Source of the DNA: Calothrix sp. NIES-2098
GTDB lineage: Bacteria > Cyanobacteriota > Cyanobacteriia > Cyanobacteriales > Nostocaceae
Assembly (NCBI GenBank): GCA_002368175.1
Contig: AP018172.1
Span: 157,599 to 221,598 of the forward strand
Direction of reading: 5' to 3'
Length of the DNA: 64,000 nt
A model generated the notes under the pieces. It did no database searches and had not been told where the DNA came from. It was given only the letters and a program-made list of their open reading frames with translations. The translations under genes and the position numbers were made by a program. How positions within the stretch are numbered: position 1 is the stretch's first letter; every line of letters starts with the position of its first letter. Below are positions 38,989-48,694 of this stretch, in pieces.

Positions 38989-39462
38989 CTATGCTAAATC
39001 AGATGCTAGGTCGCTTCTCGAACAGTGTTCACTGACATCTATGCAAGCATTGAGAAGATAACTAACAATTTCATTTGCTAAATGTATTGGATTGAAAGGA
39101 GCAAATTCTACTATTTCATCATTGCAATCCAATTCATCGAAAACATCTTGGCAATCTTCAGATGTTGCTTCTCCATTTAGCCATTGACTTATTTTGTTAA
39201 TTCCCCATCTAAATGGCATATCACCCCAAGCATATAACTCTTCTTCTATAGCAAGCTCAACACATTGAAATGTCATACTTATTAGTAATATTGGCTTGAC
39301 TTTTAAACTGGTCATCATCCAGATTAACCAATCTCCTCTTGGACATTCTTGTAAAGCATTTAGCACATTATCTTGATAAAGCTTTGCCCAAATAAGAGCC
39401 TCTCTTCTATCTGGCCCATCTTTAGGTAAATTGAATAATACTTTCACAGTTGTTTTTATCAT
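38989..39462 (-). CDS. Hypothetical Trp/Cys-rich protein (157 aa)
   Basis: ORF in the AT-rich island, convergent with the NYN gene. No family recognised. Confidence 0.35.
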   Translation of the reverse strand: MIKTTVKVLFNLPKDGPDRREALIWAKLYQDNVLNALQECPRGDWLIWMMTSLKVKPILLISMTFQCVELAIEEELYAWGDMPFRWGINKISQWLNGEATSEDCQDVFDELDCNDEIVEFAPFNPIHLANEIVSYLLNACIDVSEHCSRSDLASDLA

Positions 39463-39737
39463 TGATTTTTCTCCATATTTATCTTGTGAATATTTTTAAT
39501 GAAAAGTTTCTTTATATAGCCAAGCACTACTCTGAAATACAAGGTTAGTGGAACGTAGATATGGAAAAGCTGGATTGCCGTATTAATTCGGTGAAAACGT
39601 AGATTGCAGTGTAAAGATACACCTACATTTTAATTACCAACTTTTTACAAAAATTTATACTAAATTGATTAACTACCTTCTTATACGTAACAATATGTGA
39701 GATAATTTTAATAAAAGTTAATGTTTGCTTTCCGCCG

Positions 39738-40451
39738 ATGCTAAGACTATTTACTGACTTCGACGGCCCGATTGTTGATGTTTCCGAACGCTACTACCGC
39801 GTCTATCAATTCTGCCTAGAGGAAACCCGACGCCCAAATCAATCAGTACGAGAACTTTCTAAAGCAGAATTTTGGCAACTCAAGCGATCGCGCGTTCCTG
39901 AAAAACAAATTGCTCTAAATTCTGGACTAGACGAAGCGCAGGCAATAGAATTTTCACAATTGCGGCGGCAAACAGTACATACAGAACAGTACTTTCAATA
40001 CGACACCCTTGTCCCTGGTGCTGTAGACGCACTGTTAAAAGTTCAGCAGGCTGGAATCGATTTAGCAGTCATGACAATGCGCCGTGTTTGGGAACTAGAC
40101 TATGCTTTTCAAAAATTTCAACTAGATAGATTTTTCCCAGAGAATCGCTGTTATTGTCTCAGTAACGACTATGTAAAAACCCGCGATATTGATGATAAGC
40201 CTTTATTAATGGCACGTGCTTTAAAAGAACTACCTGCGGTTGCTGATAGCTGGATGGTGGGGGATACAGAAGCCGATATCACTGCTGGTAAAAAACACGG
40301 GATCAAAGCGATCGCTGTAGAGTCTGGTATTCGCGATCGCGCTCAATTAGAACTTTACCAACCCGACTTAATTGTTAGGGATTTAAGCACTGCGGTAGAT
40401 CTTATCCTAGAAGCTAAACTTATTGAGCCGCAACCTCTATACATTGGGTAG
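39738..40451 (+). CDS. HAD-superfamily hydrolase
   Basis: Motif I FTDFDGPIVD. Motif IV MVGDTEADITAGKKHG. Confidence 0.65.
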   Translation: MLRLFTDFDGPIVDVSERYYRVYQFCLEETRRPNQSVRELSKAEFWQLKRSRVPEKQIALNSGLDEAQAIEFSQLRRQTVHTEQYFQYDTLVPGAVDALLKVQQAGIDLAVMTMRRVWELDYAFQKFQLDRFFPENRCYCLSNDYVKTRDIDDKPLLMARALKELPAVADSWMVGDTEADITAGKKHGIKAIAVESGIRDRAQLELYQPDLIVRDLSTAVDLILEAKLIEPQPLYIG

Positions 40452-40599
40452 TAGCTTGTTCTCGTTAGCGATCGCAAATAACTAACGGGTAATAGATTCA
40501 TGCAATCCATTACCCGTTAGCCATGAAAAACTCAACATTTTTAGACGATTGACTTGGACAACCATCCAATTGCAGAAATTGGGTAAGCTGTTCTTTAAA

Positions 40600-41226
40600 T
40601 TAACGTAAAAAGCTAGTAACCAACCACAACAATATAAAAGTCAGTACCGTAGAAAACTGATTGGACGTTAAATTTAAAAATGGGACTTGCAACAAAATCC
40701 AGTTAGCAACTAGCCCACCAACAATTAAGCCAATTATTAGCCCCAGCAGCGTGAATAAAACTGCTCTACCAAACTTACCTTCTTTACGATTGAGAAAGTA
40801 AATACTAATTCCTACCCCAACCACTAAAGCTAACTGCAAAACTTGATCGCCTGTAGTTGGGTAAAATATACTAGCCGCACTCAAACCTAGATACCAAGCA
40901 CCAGGTAACAATATATCAGCAGGCGTTGGTCGATCCAGCATACGTTGCAGCCATGCCGGAGACTGTTCGTTCTTAGTTGGGCTTTCTTTGGGGAGCGATT
41001 GCACACGAGCTTCTGGAAACCGAATTCGCTCAGGCACTTTGATTTTGCCTTCTTGGCGCATTCGTAAGCGATCCATTAAAATCGCGTCGTAAGCCGCTTC
41101 AATTACTTCTAAAAGCTTGGCATCGCCAATGTGTTGCTCGAACAGGCGATTGCGAGCATCTTGAATTTCATCGAAGCTAGCATCTTCTGAGACCCCAAGT
41201 TTTTCGTAGGGATTTTGATCGCTCAT
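40600..41226 (-). CDS. J-domain-like membrane protein (CPP1/DUF3353-like)
   Basis: N-terminal NPYEKLGVSEDASFDEIQDARNRL (a J-domain without the HPD motif), and C-terminal TM helices. Resembles the cyanobacterial CPP1/CDF1 family. Confidence 0.5.
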   Translation of the reverse strand: MSDQNPYEKLGVSEDASFDEIQDARNRLFEQHIGDAKLLEVIEAAYDAILMDRLRMRQEGKIKVPERIRFPEARVQSLPKESPTKNEQSPAWLQRMLDRPTPADILLPGAWYLGLSAASIFYPTTGDQVLQLALVVGVGISIYFLNRKEGKFGRAVLFTLLGLIIGLIVGGLVANWILLQVPFLNLTSNQFSTVLTFILLWLVTSFLR

Positions 41227-41873
41227 GGGAGTTTATACTTTAGCCTCGGTCAGCGGCAATCTTTTGTTGACGAAAATGCAAATTTAGGTTTTATTTTGAT
41301 CGGAACCCGTAATGCCGATCAATTTTTATCCCCTACCAGGATAGTAGCATGGGTTAGTTTGATCGACCGGGGAATTTTAACTATAAGTCACTTTAACATA
41401 TTGCCATAACTCCGTGTATCCCCCAATGTCGTTCACTATTTCTGGCTCTACTCTAGAATTTAAACTTAGGAATACCTAAAATGCAGTTTTTATGAAAAAA
41501 TTAAGTTTTTGGTGGAAAATTTAGCCAATTATCTTGCTCTGAAGGTGTTTTCACCAATGAAGTGTAAAATTTTTGGTGGTATCGATCCGCATATCGATAT
41601 TAAGATTGAAACAATTTAAATTGCCACTTGCTTGGGATAAGTAAAGCATCTACTCCACTAAGCTAAGGTGACTGAGGTCAAAATCCTTGCTTCCATGATA
41701 TTACTGGTACATACAAGCAGGTCTGTTTACCAGCTTAATTGTCCGTAATCCTAATTAAAGTATTATCTTAAGATAATCAGGAAATGCATCTCTTAGCCTT
41801 GTAGATTCTTAACTAATTCCCGAAGTGGAAACTGCGTTTTTACGCACTCTTCCTATTAATCCTTTATGAATTT

Positions 41874-42611
41874 TTGTGCAAAGTGATGGTCATGGCTCCT
41901 GCCAAGATTCTTGTAGTTGATGACGACCCTGCGGTTCGGAATTTAATCCAACGCTTTTTAATTAAGCAGAGCTATCAGGTAGAAGCTGCTGAGGATGGTA
42001 AGACAGCCTTAGCACTATTTGAGCAATTTAATCCAGATTTGGTGATTTTAGATGTAAATTTACCAGATGTCATTGGGTTTAACCTCTGCCAAGAGATGCA
42101 AGGCCGTAATGGCGTTTTTGTTCTTATGCTGACTAGCCGTGCCGACGAAGCTGACAAGATTCGCGGCTTTTCTAAAGGTGCTGATGACTATCTCACCAAA
42201 CCTTTTGGGTTGGGAGAACTAGAAGTCAGAGTAGCAGCTATTTTAAGGCGTCAGCGAGTTGTGACAACCGCAGAACAGAAACGCCTGGTGTTTGAAAAAT
42301 TGATGATCGATCCAGTCCGCCGGGAAGTGGCGCTTAACAACCAGCCAGTACCCTTAACCGCACTGGAATTTGACTTGTTACATTTTTTAGCTAGCCATCC
42401 TGGTCGAGTGTGGCGACGCGCAGAACTTATTCAAGAGGTCTGGGACTACGAATATGTAGGCGATCAGCGGGTTGTAGATGTACATATCGGCCAAATCCGC
42501 AAAAAGATAGAAATTGATGCTAGCCAGCCAGCATTAATTCAAACAGTACGTGGTGTAGGTTATAAGTTTGAATGCCCAACTCACTCGCCGCAGTTGGAAG
42601 TTAATTCCTAA
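41874..42611 (+). CDS. OmpR-family response regulator
   Basis: REC (…ILVVDDDPAVRNL…LVILDVNLPDVIGF…) plus a winged-helix Trans_reg_C domain (…LTALEFDLLHFLASHPGRVW…VRGVGYKF). Confidence 0.85.
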   Translation: MCKVMVMAPAKILVVDDDPAVRNLIQRFLIKQSYQVEAAEDGKTALALFEQFNPDLVILDVNLPDVIGFNLCQEMQGRNGVFVLMLTSRADEADKIRGFSKGADDYLTKPFGLGELEVRVAAILRRQRVVTTAEQKRLVFEKLMIDPVRREVALNNQPVPLTALEFDLLHFLASHPGRVWRRAELIQEVWDYEYVGDQRVVDVHIGQIRKKIEIDASQPALIQTVRGVGYKFECPTHSPQLEVNS

Positions 42612-42884
42612 GTTCTTAGTCTTATAGTCCAGAGTTTTTAACTCTTGACTTTTGACTAATTACTAAACTGTAAAATCTAGCTGAATATTTTTGGCTGAAT
42701 TTACAGCTAGTTCAACAAAATTGCCTAAATTTATCAAATTAATTTATAAATACAGCACTGTACAAACCAAACTTTCAATTTGAGTTATTAACTGCTCATA
42801 AGAAAAAACTGGTTATGTGAAAGAGTGCATTTCTACTAAAGATTTACCTCAAATACACAACCAGTTAATTTAGTAATAAATCCT

Positions 42885-42905
42885 CCGCAAGGAGGATAAA
42901 TTTTA
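42885..42905 (+). terminator. Perfect GNRA-loop hairpin followed by an A/T-rich tract
   Basis: atcctcc-gcaa-ggaggat, then aaatttt. It lies ~275 nt downstream of the response regulator stop. Confidence 0.35.
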
Positions 42906-43230
42906 GTTAGCTGTGGAATATTTATCTAAAAATCTGATGTTTTGAATTTACAGACAATAGGGCAATATAAACTACCACCACTCTGTAAAACTTCTCAATC
43001 AGGAAATTTCCAGCTTTCGTACGTTCCACTTAAAAATTTTAATAGTTGATTGAGTCTGCCTGGAATTTGCAGAGTAATTTACTAGCTAGAACAGCCATCT
43101 TCAACTTTTGCGCTTACGCTTCATAGATATAAACATTAAGCGCAAAAATTTATCTGGTGAAACCTAAATCTGTCTATAGGAGACAATGAGCCAGAATAGC
43201 ACCGTTAATACCATCTTAAGGCTGTTCTAC

Positions 43231-43452
43231 TTAACTGTGATGGAACAAAGTTTCCAAGTAAACACGAGCAGCACGGCGATCGCTATCTCCATTTTGGAGT
43301 AAAAACAGTGATAGAGCTGCTGTCAATACTCGATTTTGATCCCAGTCGGGATGTGTTTCTAGATAGCTTTTTAGGGATTCGTGAAGTGTTTCCGGAATTT
43401 CTGTAAAGATATTCACCGTTGTGTTCATCAGATTTTCCTCCTCTAAGGTCAA
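43231..43452 (-). CDS. Small conserved hypothetical protein (~65-73 aa)
   Basis: ORF only. The true start may be the internal Met (MNTTVNIF…). Confidence 0.35.
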   Translation of the reverse strand: MTLEEENLMNTTVNIFTEIPETLHESLKSYLETHPDWDQNRVLTAALSLFLLQNGDSDRRAARVYLETLFHHS

Positions 43453-43800
43453 TCAAGGGGGACTAGTTGCTTGTGGTCAGTAGCTTGAGGCAGCATAAAC
43501 AAGCTTTCCACCTGCCTGGCAATTTCCGCCAACATTGAGAGGTAATTTACACAATTGATGTCAGCGATTAAACGAACTAAAACAGCAAGCCGAATCATTG
43601 TGCAGCAAGAGGGGGTAGGTTTGTCAATGCTGCGAAATGTTAAAAACGATGGTATAAAAAGTAAATATCAACGTAATAATCAGGGTTTGACCATATTTTT
43701 TGTTACATAGCTTAATAAAAACTCAGTTACGGAGATACCTTAGCGTTAGAAATAAAAAATCCCCAGTAGGATGGTAAGAGCTTATCAACTCGTTGGGAAT

Positions 43801-43850
43801 CTGTGGAAAACTGCTAAAGTACCTGTGGAAACCCTGTGGAATCTGTGAGG
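43801..43850 (+). promoter_or_regulatory. Direct CTGTGGAA repeats (x3, plus CTGTGAGG) ~45-90 bp upstream of the MFS transporter start
   Basis: CTGTGGAA occurs at 43801, 43823 and 43834. CTGTGAGG is at 43843. Spacings are 22, 11 and 9 bp, about one helical turn. Confidence 0.4.
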
Positions 43851-43891
43851 AAAATGCTCCTGAATGATAAGAATTACAAAAACATTTTCTC

Positions 43892-45172
43892 TTGATGAAA
43901 CTTAAGCCCTTACAACTTGCGCCCCAATTCCAGCTATCTTCATGGCTTTCCCAAATTCAGACTCCTGTTGGGATGTTGGTAATTGGTCGATTTCTTTCCG
44001 AAGTGGGCACAGGTTTTACTCTGTTTTACGCCCCAATCTTTTTCGTTAATCAAGTTGGTTTATCTGCAACTACCGTTGGTATTGCCTTGACTAGCACCTC
44101 ATTAGCTGGTGTTGTCGGGCGAATTTTGGGTGGTTCTTTGGCTGACACAAGAGAATGGGGACGCCGCCGTACTTTACTGCTAGCAACAGGGATTTCAGCA
44201 GTTGGTTCTCTAGTCTTAGCTACAACTAGTAATTTTATGACTCTGGTTATTGGCAGCGCGATCGTTGGTTTAGGCATTGGTTTCTATTGGCCAGCCAGTG
44301 AAGCTGTTGTCGCTGATGGTAGCCAAATGGAAAATCGGCGTGAAATTTTTGCACTCACACGAGTAGCAGATAATCTGGGTTTGGCAATAGGAAGTGTATT
44401 AGCAGGATTGTGGATTGCGATCGCAGGTAATTACCGTGGACTATTTATCATTGATGCGATTTCCTTCATGGTGTTTTTTGCCGTTATTTATTTAGCAATT
44501 AACGAAACTTCACAACCACAGATAGAACAATCCCAGCCAACACAACCTTTCGGTTCTTGGCTAGCAGCATTAAGCGATCGCCGCTTGCTGATTTACGTTG
44601 CTGTTAATATTACTTTCACTACCTACATCTCGCAGTTACACAGCACTCTGCCCATCTACTTCAAAAACTTTATTAGAGCAGAAAATAATACCATAGGATT
44701 GGCTGAAACTACCATTAGCGCCCTATATGCTTGGCATCTTATCTTAGCCGTTATTTGCCAATTCCCGATTGCTAGAGCCTTAAAAAGCTTTTCTCACACA
44801 CTAGCACTGACCATTTCTGCCATTTTGTGGGCAATTGGTTTCGGCTGCGTTTGGATGACAGCGATCGCCCCACATTATCATCTCGTTTGGGTAAGCTTGG
44901 CGTTGACAGTATTTGCCTTAGCATTAGTTTCCTATACTCCTTTTGCTGCCTCTTTAGTCACCGATTTAGCCCCAGAAACCCAACGTGGGGTCTATTTCTC
45001 CATCAATTCCCTCTGCTGGGCTTTGGGTCATTTTGTTGGTTCTCCTTTAGGCGGTTGGGCACTAGATCGATCGCGAATCATTGCTGATAACTTCTGGTTC
45101 GGTTTTTCTTTGAGTGTCTTAATTCCTATTGTGATTTTGCAATATCTCAACAAAATTTTATCTAGCGAATAA
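43892..45172 (+). CDS. MFS transporter
   Basis: 12-TM topology and an MFS-like motif (…GRILGGSLADTREWGRRRTLL…). Confidence 0.7.
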   Translation: MMKLKPLQLAPQFQLSSWLSQIQTPVGMLVIGRFLSEVGTGFTLFYAPIFFVNQVGLSATTVGIALTSTSLAGVVGRILGGSLADTREWGRRRTLLLATGISAVGSLVLATTSNFMTLVIGSAIVGLGIGFYWPASEAVVADGSQMENRREIFALTRVADNLGLAIGSVLAGLWIAIAGNYRGLFIIDAISFMVFFAVIYLAINETSQPQIEQSQPTQPFGSWLAALSDRRLLIYVAVNITFTTYISQLHSTLPIYFKNFIRAENNTIGLAETTISALYAWHLILAVICQFPIARALKSFSHTLALTISAILWAIGFGCVWMTAIAPHYHLVWVSLALTVFALALVSYTPFAASLVTDLAPETQRGVYFSINSLCWALGHFVGSPLGGWALDRSRIIADNFWFGFSLSVLIPIVILQYLNKILSSE

Positions 45173-45601
45173 GTTTAGATTATAAATTTGTAAATACTTA
45201 CTATTTATAATTTTCTGAAATTATAAATATAAGACTAACTTAATATGGCGATGGTACAAATATTTTACTAATTAAGTAGCTGGTAATTATACCCAAGCAC
45301 GAGCTTCTTTACACTATAAAATTCAACCAATAATATTTTTTATTAATTAATGATAATCATAGAAATTCCCAATAATTGTAGTTATCAATTATTGAGCTAA
45401 ATATTGTTTACTTTTACTATGGGTAGTTAAATTTCACTGCGGTAATCATAAAATTCTCAGAAAATTCAACTGGGAAGCATTTATCTTCAGCAGACACCAT
45501 ACTACATAAATCTGACTTTTGAGTTCAGTATTTTGAAACTCAATTAGTTTGATTTTTGAATCTTCTTGTATTTAATTCAAATTGATTTGTGAGGATTTGC
45601 T

Positions 45602-47461
45602 ATGAAAGTAAATCTACTAGCTTATGCTGGTGGGCTAAGTTTTTTATATTTTATTGCTGGATTATCGCCAGTACAAGCAAAATCTGATTCAGCAGAGACT
45701 GTAGATAATATCAAAACTTTAAATTCTGCTGCTCAGGCAGCAGAATTTAAAAGCAATTTTGCCCATAGCAGCTTTTCTCAGCCTACGAAACTAATAAGTA
45801 ATTCTGGGAGAAAACCACTAGATGCACGTACTGCAAATCAAGTAAATTCTTCACCCCAGCTATTAGCATCTGATGCTATAGAACAGGTCACATCTGTATC
45901 GCAACTTTCCGATGTACAACCTACAGACTGGGCTTTTGCTGCCTTACAATCTCTGGTTGAACGCTATGGTTGTATTGCTGGGTATCCCAACAGCACCTAT
46001 CGAGGGAACCGCGCTCTGACTCGTTATGAATTTGCCGCTGGTTTAAATGCTTGTCTCAATAGAATTAACGAGCTAATTGCTACTGCAACCAGCGATTTAG
46101 TTACCAAAGAAGATTTAAATACCTTACAAAAACTGCAAGAACAATTTTCTGCCGAACTAAGTACATTGAGAGGTAGAGTAGATGCTTTGGAAAGTCGCAC
46201 GGCTGAATTAGAAGCACATCAGTTTTCTACAACTACCAAGCTGAATGGTGAAGCAATTATCTCAGCCATTGGTGCTACAGGTGGTGCGCCGGGTCGAAAC
46301 GATCCTAATATTATTCTGACAAACCGAGTGCGATTAAACCTCAACACTAGCTTTACAGGTAAAGACTTACTCATCACTGGGTTGCAAGCTCATAACTTTT
46401 TAGGTGGTGTAGATGGCAGTGGTAGCTTGCAAGAGTCTCTGGGGTTAGCATCACCCGTACTCAGTGCTAGCAGCGCGCGGACTAGTTTTGAACCACAATT
46501 TCCAGGCGTCGATCCGAAGAATTTATCCAATGTTGGCGCAAACTCTCTTCAGCTTTACAAATTGCTTTATATCTTTCCCGTCGCTGATAAATTGACTTTA
46601 TTTGCGGGGACTGCTGCTGAAGTTTCCGATGCTTTTCCCGCCATCACTCCTTTTTATGGTGAAGGACAAGAGGCAATTTCTCGCTTTGCTGGCTTGAACC
46701 CTGTATTACGTGTATCTGGCGGTACTTCCGGTTCTGGTTTAGCATCTGCGGCTGGCTTTATTTATAGTTTTTCTCCGCAACTAGATCTTAGAGCTTTGTA
46801 TGGTAGTGTTAATGCCAATCTTCCCAGTAAAGCAGGCGACATTCTTCCAGGCGTTTCAAATACCCCCTTGGGAGCAGGGGTGTTTAGCGGTAGTAGTGTA
46901 GTTGCAGCTCAGTTGACTTTTAGACCCAGCAGTTCGTTAGATATTGGTCTGAACTATGCTAACAGCTATCATGAAATCAACATTTTGGGCACTGGATTAA
47001 CAAGTAGTGATATTGGTGCTTTAGGAGGAGTAGCTTTAGGCACACCTGTAAAACTTAACTCCTTTGGTGGGACTGTCACCTGGCGCTTTTCTCCCAAGAT
47101 TGCATTATCTGGCTATGGTGCAGCGCTGTTTGTTGATGATTCTTCGCGAGATGTTGATGCTGGTACAACCTTTACTAGTTGGATGGTAGGCGTTCATTTT
47201 AACGATCTATTCAGGCCTGGAAACAATGCCGGTATTATCTTTGGACAACCACTCTATCGTACTGATGCTAGTGGTGCAGCCCAATTAGCACCTGCGGGTG
47301 TGAATAGAGCAGTTCCTTACCATTTAGAGGCTTACTACCGCTTTCGGGTAAATGACAATATTAGTATTACCCCTGGTGCATTTGTTTTGTTTAATCCTGA
47401 AGGCGACAGCAGAAATGAAACAACAACGGTAGGGGTGCTGCGTACTACTTTCACTTTCTAG
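45602..47461 (+). CDS. Outer-membrane porin with N-terminal SLH domain and C-terminal OprB-like beta-barrel
   Basis: Signal peptide, then an SLH motif (…DWAFAALQSLVERYGCIAGYPNSTYRGNRALTRYEFAAGLNACL…), a coiled coil, and a Gly/Ser-rich beta-barrel ending …TFTF. Confidence 0.8.
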   Translation: MKVNLLAYAGGLSFLYFIAGLSPVQAKSDSAETVDNIKTLNSAAQAAEFKSNFAHSSFSQPTKLISNSGRKPLDARTANQVNSSPQLLASDAIEQVTSVSQLSDVQPTDWAFAALQSLVERYGCIAGYPNSTYRGNRALTRYEFAAGLNACLNRINELIATATSDLVTKEDLNTLQKLQEQFSAELSTLRGRVDALESRTAELEAHQFSTTTKLNGEAIISAIGATGGAPGRNDPNIILTNRVRLNLNTSFTGKDLLITGLQAHNFLGGVDGSGSLQESLGLASPVLSASSARTSFEPQFPGVDPKNLSNVGANSLQLYKLLYIFPVADKLTLFAGTAAEVSDAFPAITPFYGEGQEAISRFAGLNPVLRVSGGTSGSGLASAAGFIYSFSPQLDLRALYGSVNANLPSKAGDILPGVSNTPLGAGVFSGSSVVAAQLTFRPSSSLDIGLNYANSYHEINILGTGLTSSDIGALGGVALGTPVKLNSFGGTVTWRFSPKIALSGYGAALFVDDSSRDVDAGTTFTSWMVGVHFNDLFRPGNNAGIIFGQPLYRTDASGAAQLAPAGVNRAVPYHLEAYYRFRVNDNISITPGAFVLFNPEGDSRNETTTVGVLRTTFTF

Positions 47462-47479
47462 GGCATGAGTTATGGGGGA

Positions 47480-47565
47480 GGCAGTGCGTTGCGGTGAGTC
47501 CAGCACTGCGGGAGGGTTTCCCTCCGCAGGTGACTGGCGAACCCGGAGGGAGGTCTCCTCCGTTG
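47480..47565. terminator. GC-rich multi-hairpin element between the convergent porin and hisIE
   Basis: Perfect 11-bp stem ctgcgggaggg-ttt-ccctccgcag (47506-47529), plus cggagg…cctccg (47544-47562) and cagtgc…gcactg (47482-47508). Confidence 0.45.
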
Positions 47566-47647
47566 TAGCAACTGCCGTCATTGGGCATTGGGTATTCTCT
47601 GCATCTTTGCGTCTCTTTGTCCCGCTTGACCCCAAACCTAGTACTTT

Positions 47648-48298
47648 CTATCGCCGACGTTGTTGTAACTTACGATAAACAGCCTTGAGATCGGTTTGAT
47701 GATGAGCTAAAGCGACGAGAGTATGATAGAGCAAATCTGCAACTTCCCCAGCAATGGCATCCGCATCATCATCCTTAAACGCCATTACGACCTCAGCAGT
47801 CTCTTCACCCAGCTTTTTCAAAATTTTGTTATCGCCGCCTGCAAATAACTGACAAGTATAAGAATTTTCTGTGGGGCGATCGCGGCGATCGCATATTACC
47901 TGAAATAATTGTGAAAGTGTATCTCCTGGTGGCGGCACTATTTGTCCATCAACTTGATGAAAGCAACTACGCTCACCAGTGTGACAAGCTATATCTCCTA
48001 CTTGCTCTATCCCGATCAGGAGCGCATCACTATCACAGTCATAACGAATACTTTGCACTTTCTGAATATGACTAGAAGTTGCTCCTTTATGCCACAATTC
48101 CTGACGGGAACGACTCCAAAACCAAGTTTCTCCAGTTTCTAAAGTTTTTTGTAAAGACTCCCGATTCATCCACGCCATCATCAAGACCGTGCCATCAAGA
48201 TAATCTTGGACGATCGCTGGCACTAGACCTCGTTCATCATAGCGAATTTTATCAATAGGAATGGCGTGGTGGAGTGAATGAGGTTCTGTGGAAGGCAT
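47648..48298 (-). CDS. hisIE: Bifunctional phosphoribosyl-AMP cyclohydrolase / phosphoribosyl-ATP pyrophosphatase
   Basis: HisI motifs (…[22 protein letters not shown]…CHTGERSCF…) and a HisE C-terminus. Confidence 0.85.
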   Translation of the reverse strand: MPSTEPHSLHHAIPIDKIRYDERGLVPAIVQDYLDGTVLMMAWMNRESLQKTLETGETWFWSRSRQELWHKGATSSHIQKVQSIRYDCDSDALLIGIEQVGDIACHTGERSCFHQVDGQIVPPPGDTLSQLFQVICDRRDRPTENSYTCQLFAGGDNKILKKLGEETAEVVMAFKDDDADAIAGEVADLLYHTLVALAHHQTDLKAVYRKLQQRRR

Positions 48299-48398
48299 AC
48301 CAGCTAACTTTTTTAGTGAGAATGATTGCTTGATTCACGATACCATTCTCAATAGGGTATCTGGTATGCTTTTTGCAATTGTGGCTGATTATCTAACT

Positions 48399-48587
48399 TT
48401 AAACAAAAGCATTTTTATCCATAGCAGACTGCATCTTCACAGCACTTAAAGCTACTTGATGAGCCTTTGTTGCTTCACCATACCAATGAACTGCTGAGTT
48501 AAAAGCCGCCCGGTAAAGATCTTGGTATGCTTCCGAAAATCGAGTCCGAATCTCTAAAGGCAATTCTTGATTGGACTTATATAACAT
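48399..48587 (-). CDS. ChaB-family protein
   Basis: …LPLEIRTRFSEAYQDLYRAAFNSAVHWYGEATKAHQVALSAVK… matches the ChaB consensus. Confidence 0.55.
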   Translation of the reverse strand: MLYKSNQELPLEIRTRFSEAYQDLYRAAFNSAVHWYGEATKAHQVALSAVKMQSAMDKNAFV

Positions 48588-48694
48588 ATTGTTATTTTTA
48601 TGGTTCAGGTAATTCTATACGATAGAAGTTCTAAGCAGTTTTTAACCCTATCCTGAGATAGACCTTTTTATTGCCACTGATTTAGGAGAGAACC

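Noticed and set aside
41227-41873. Repeated tttttggtgg words and small hairpins upstream of the OmpR-type regulator
   Set aside because: There are only two short copies and no phasing or palindromic structure. This is insufficient to call a regulatory site.
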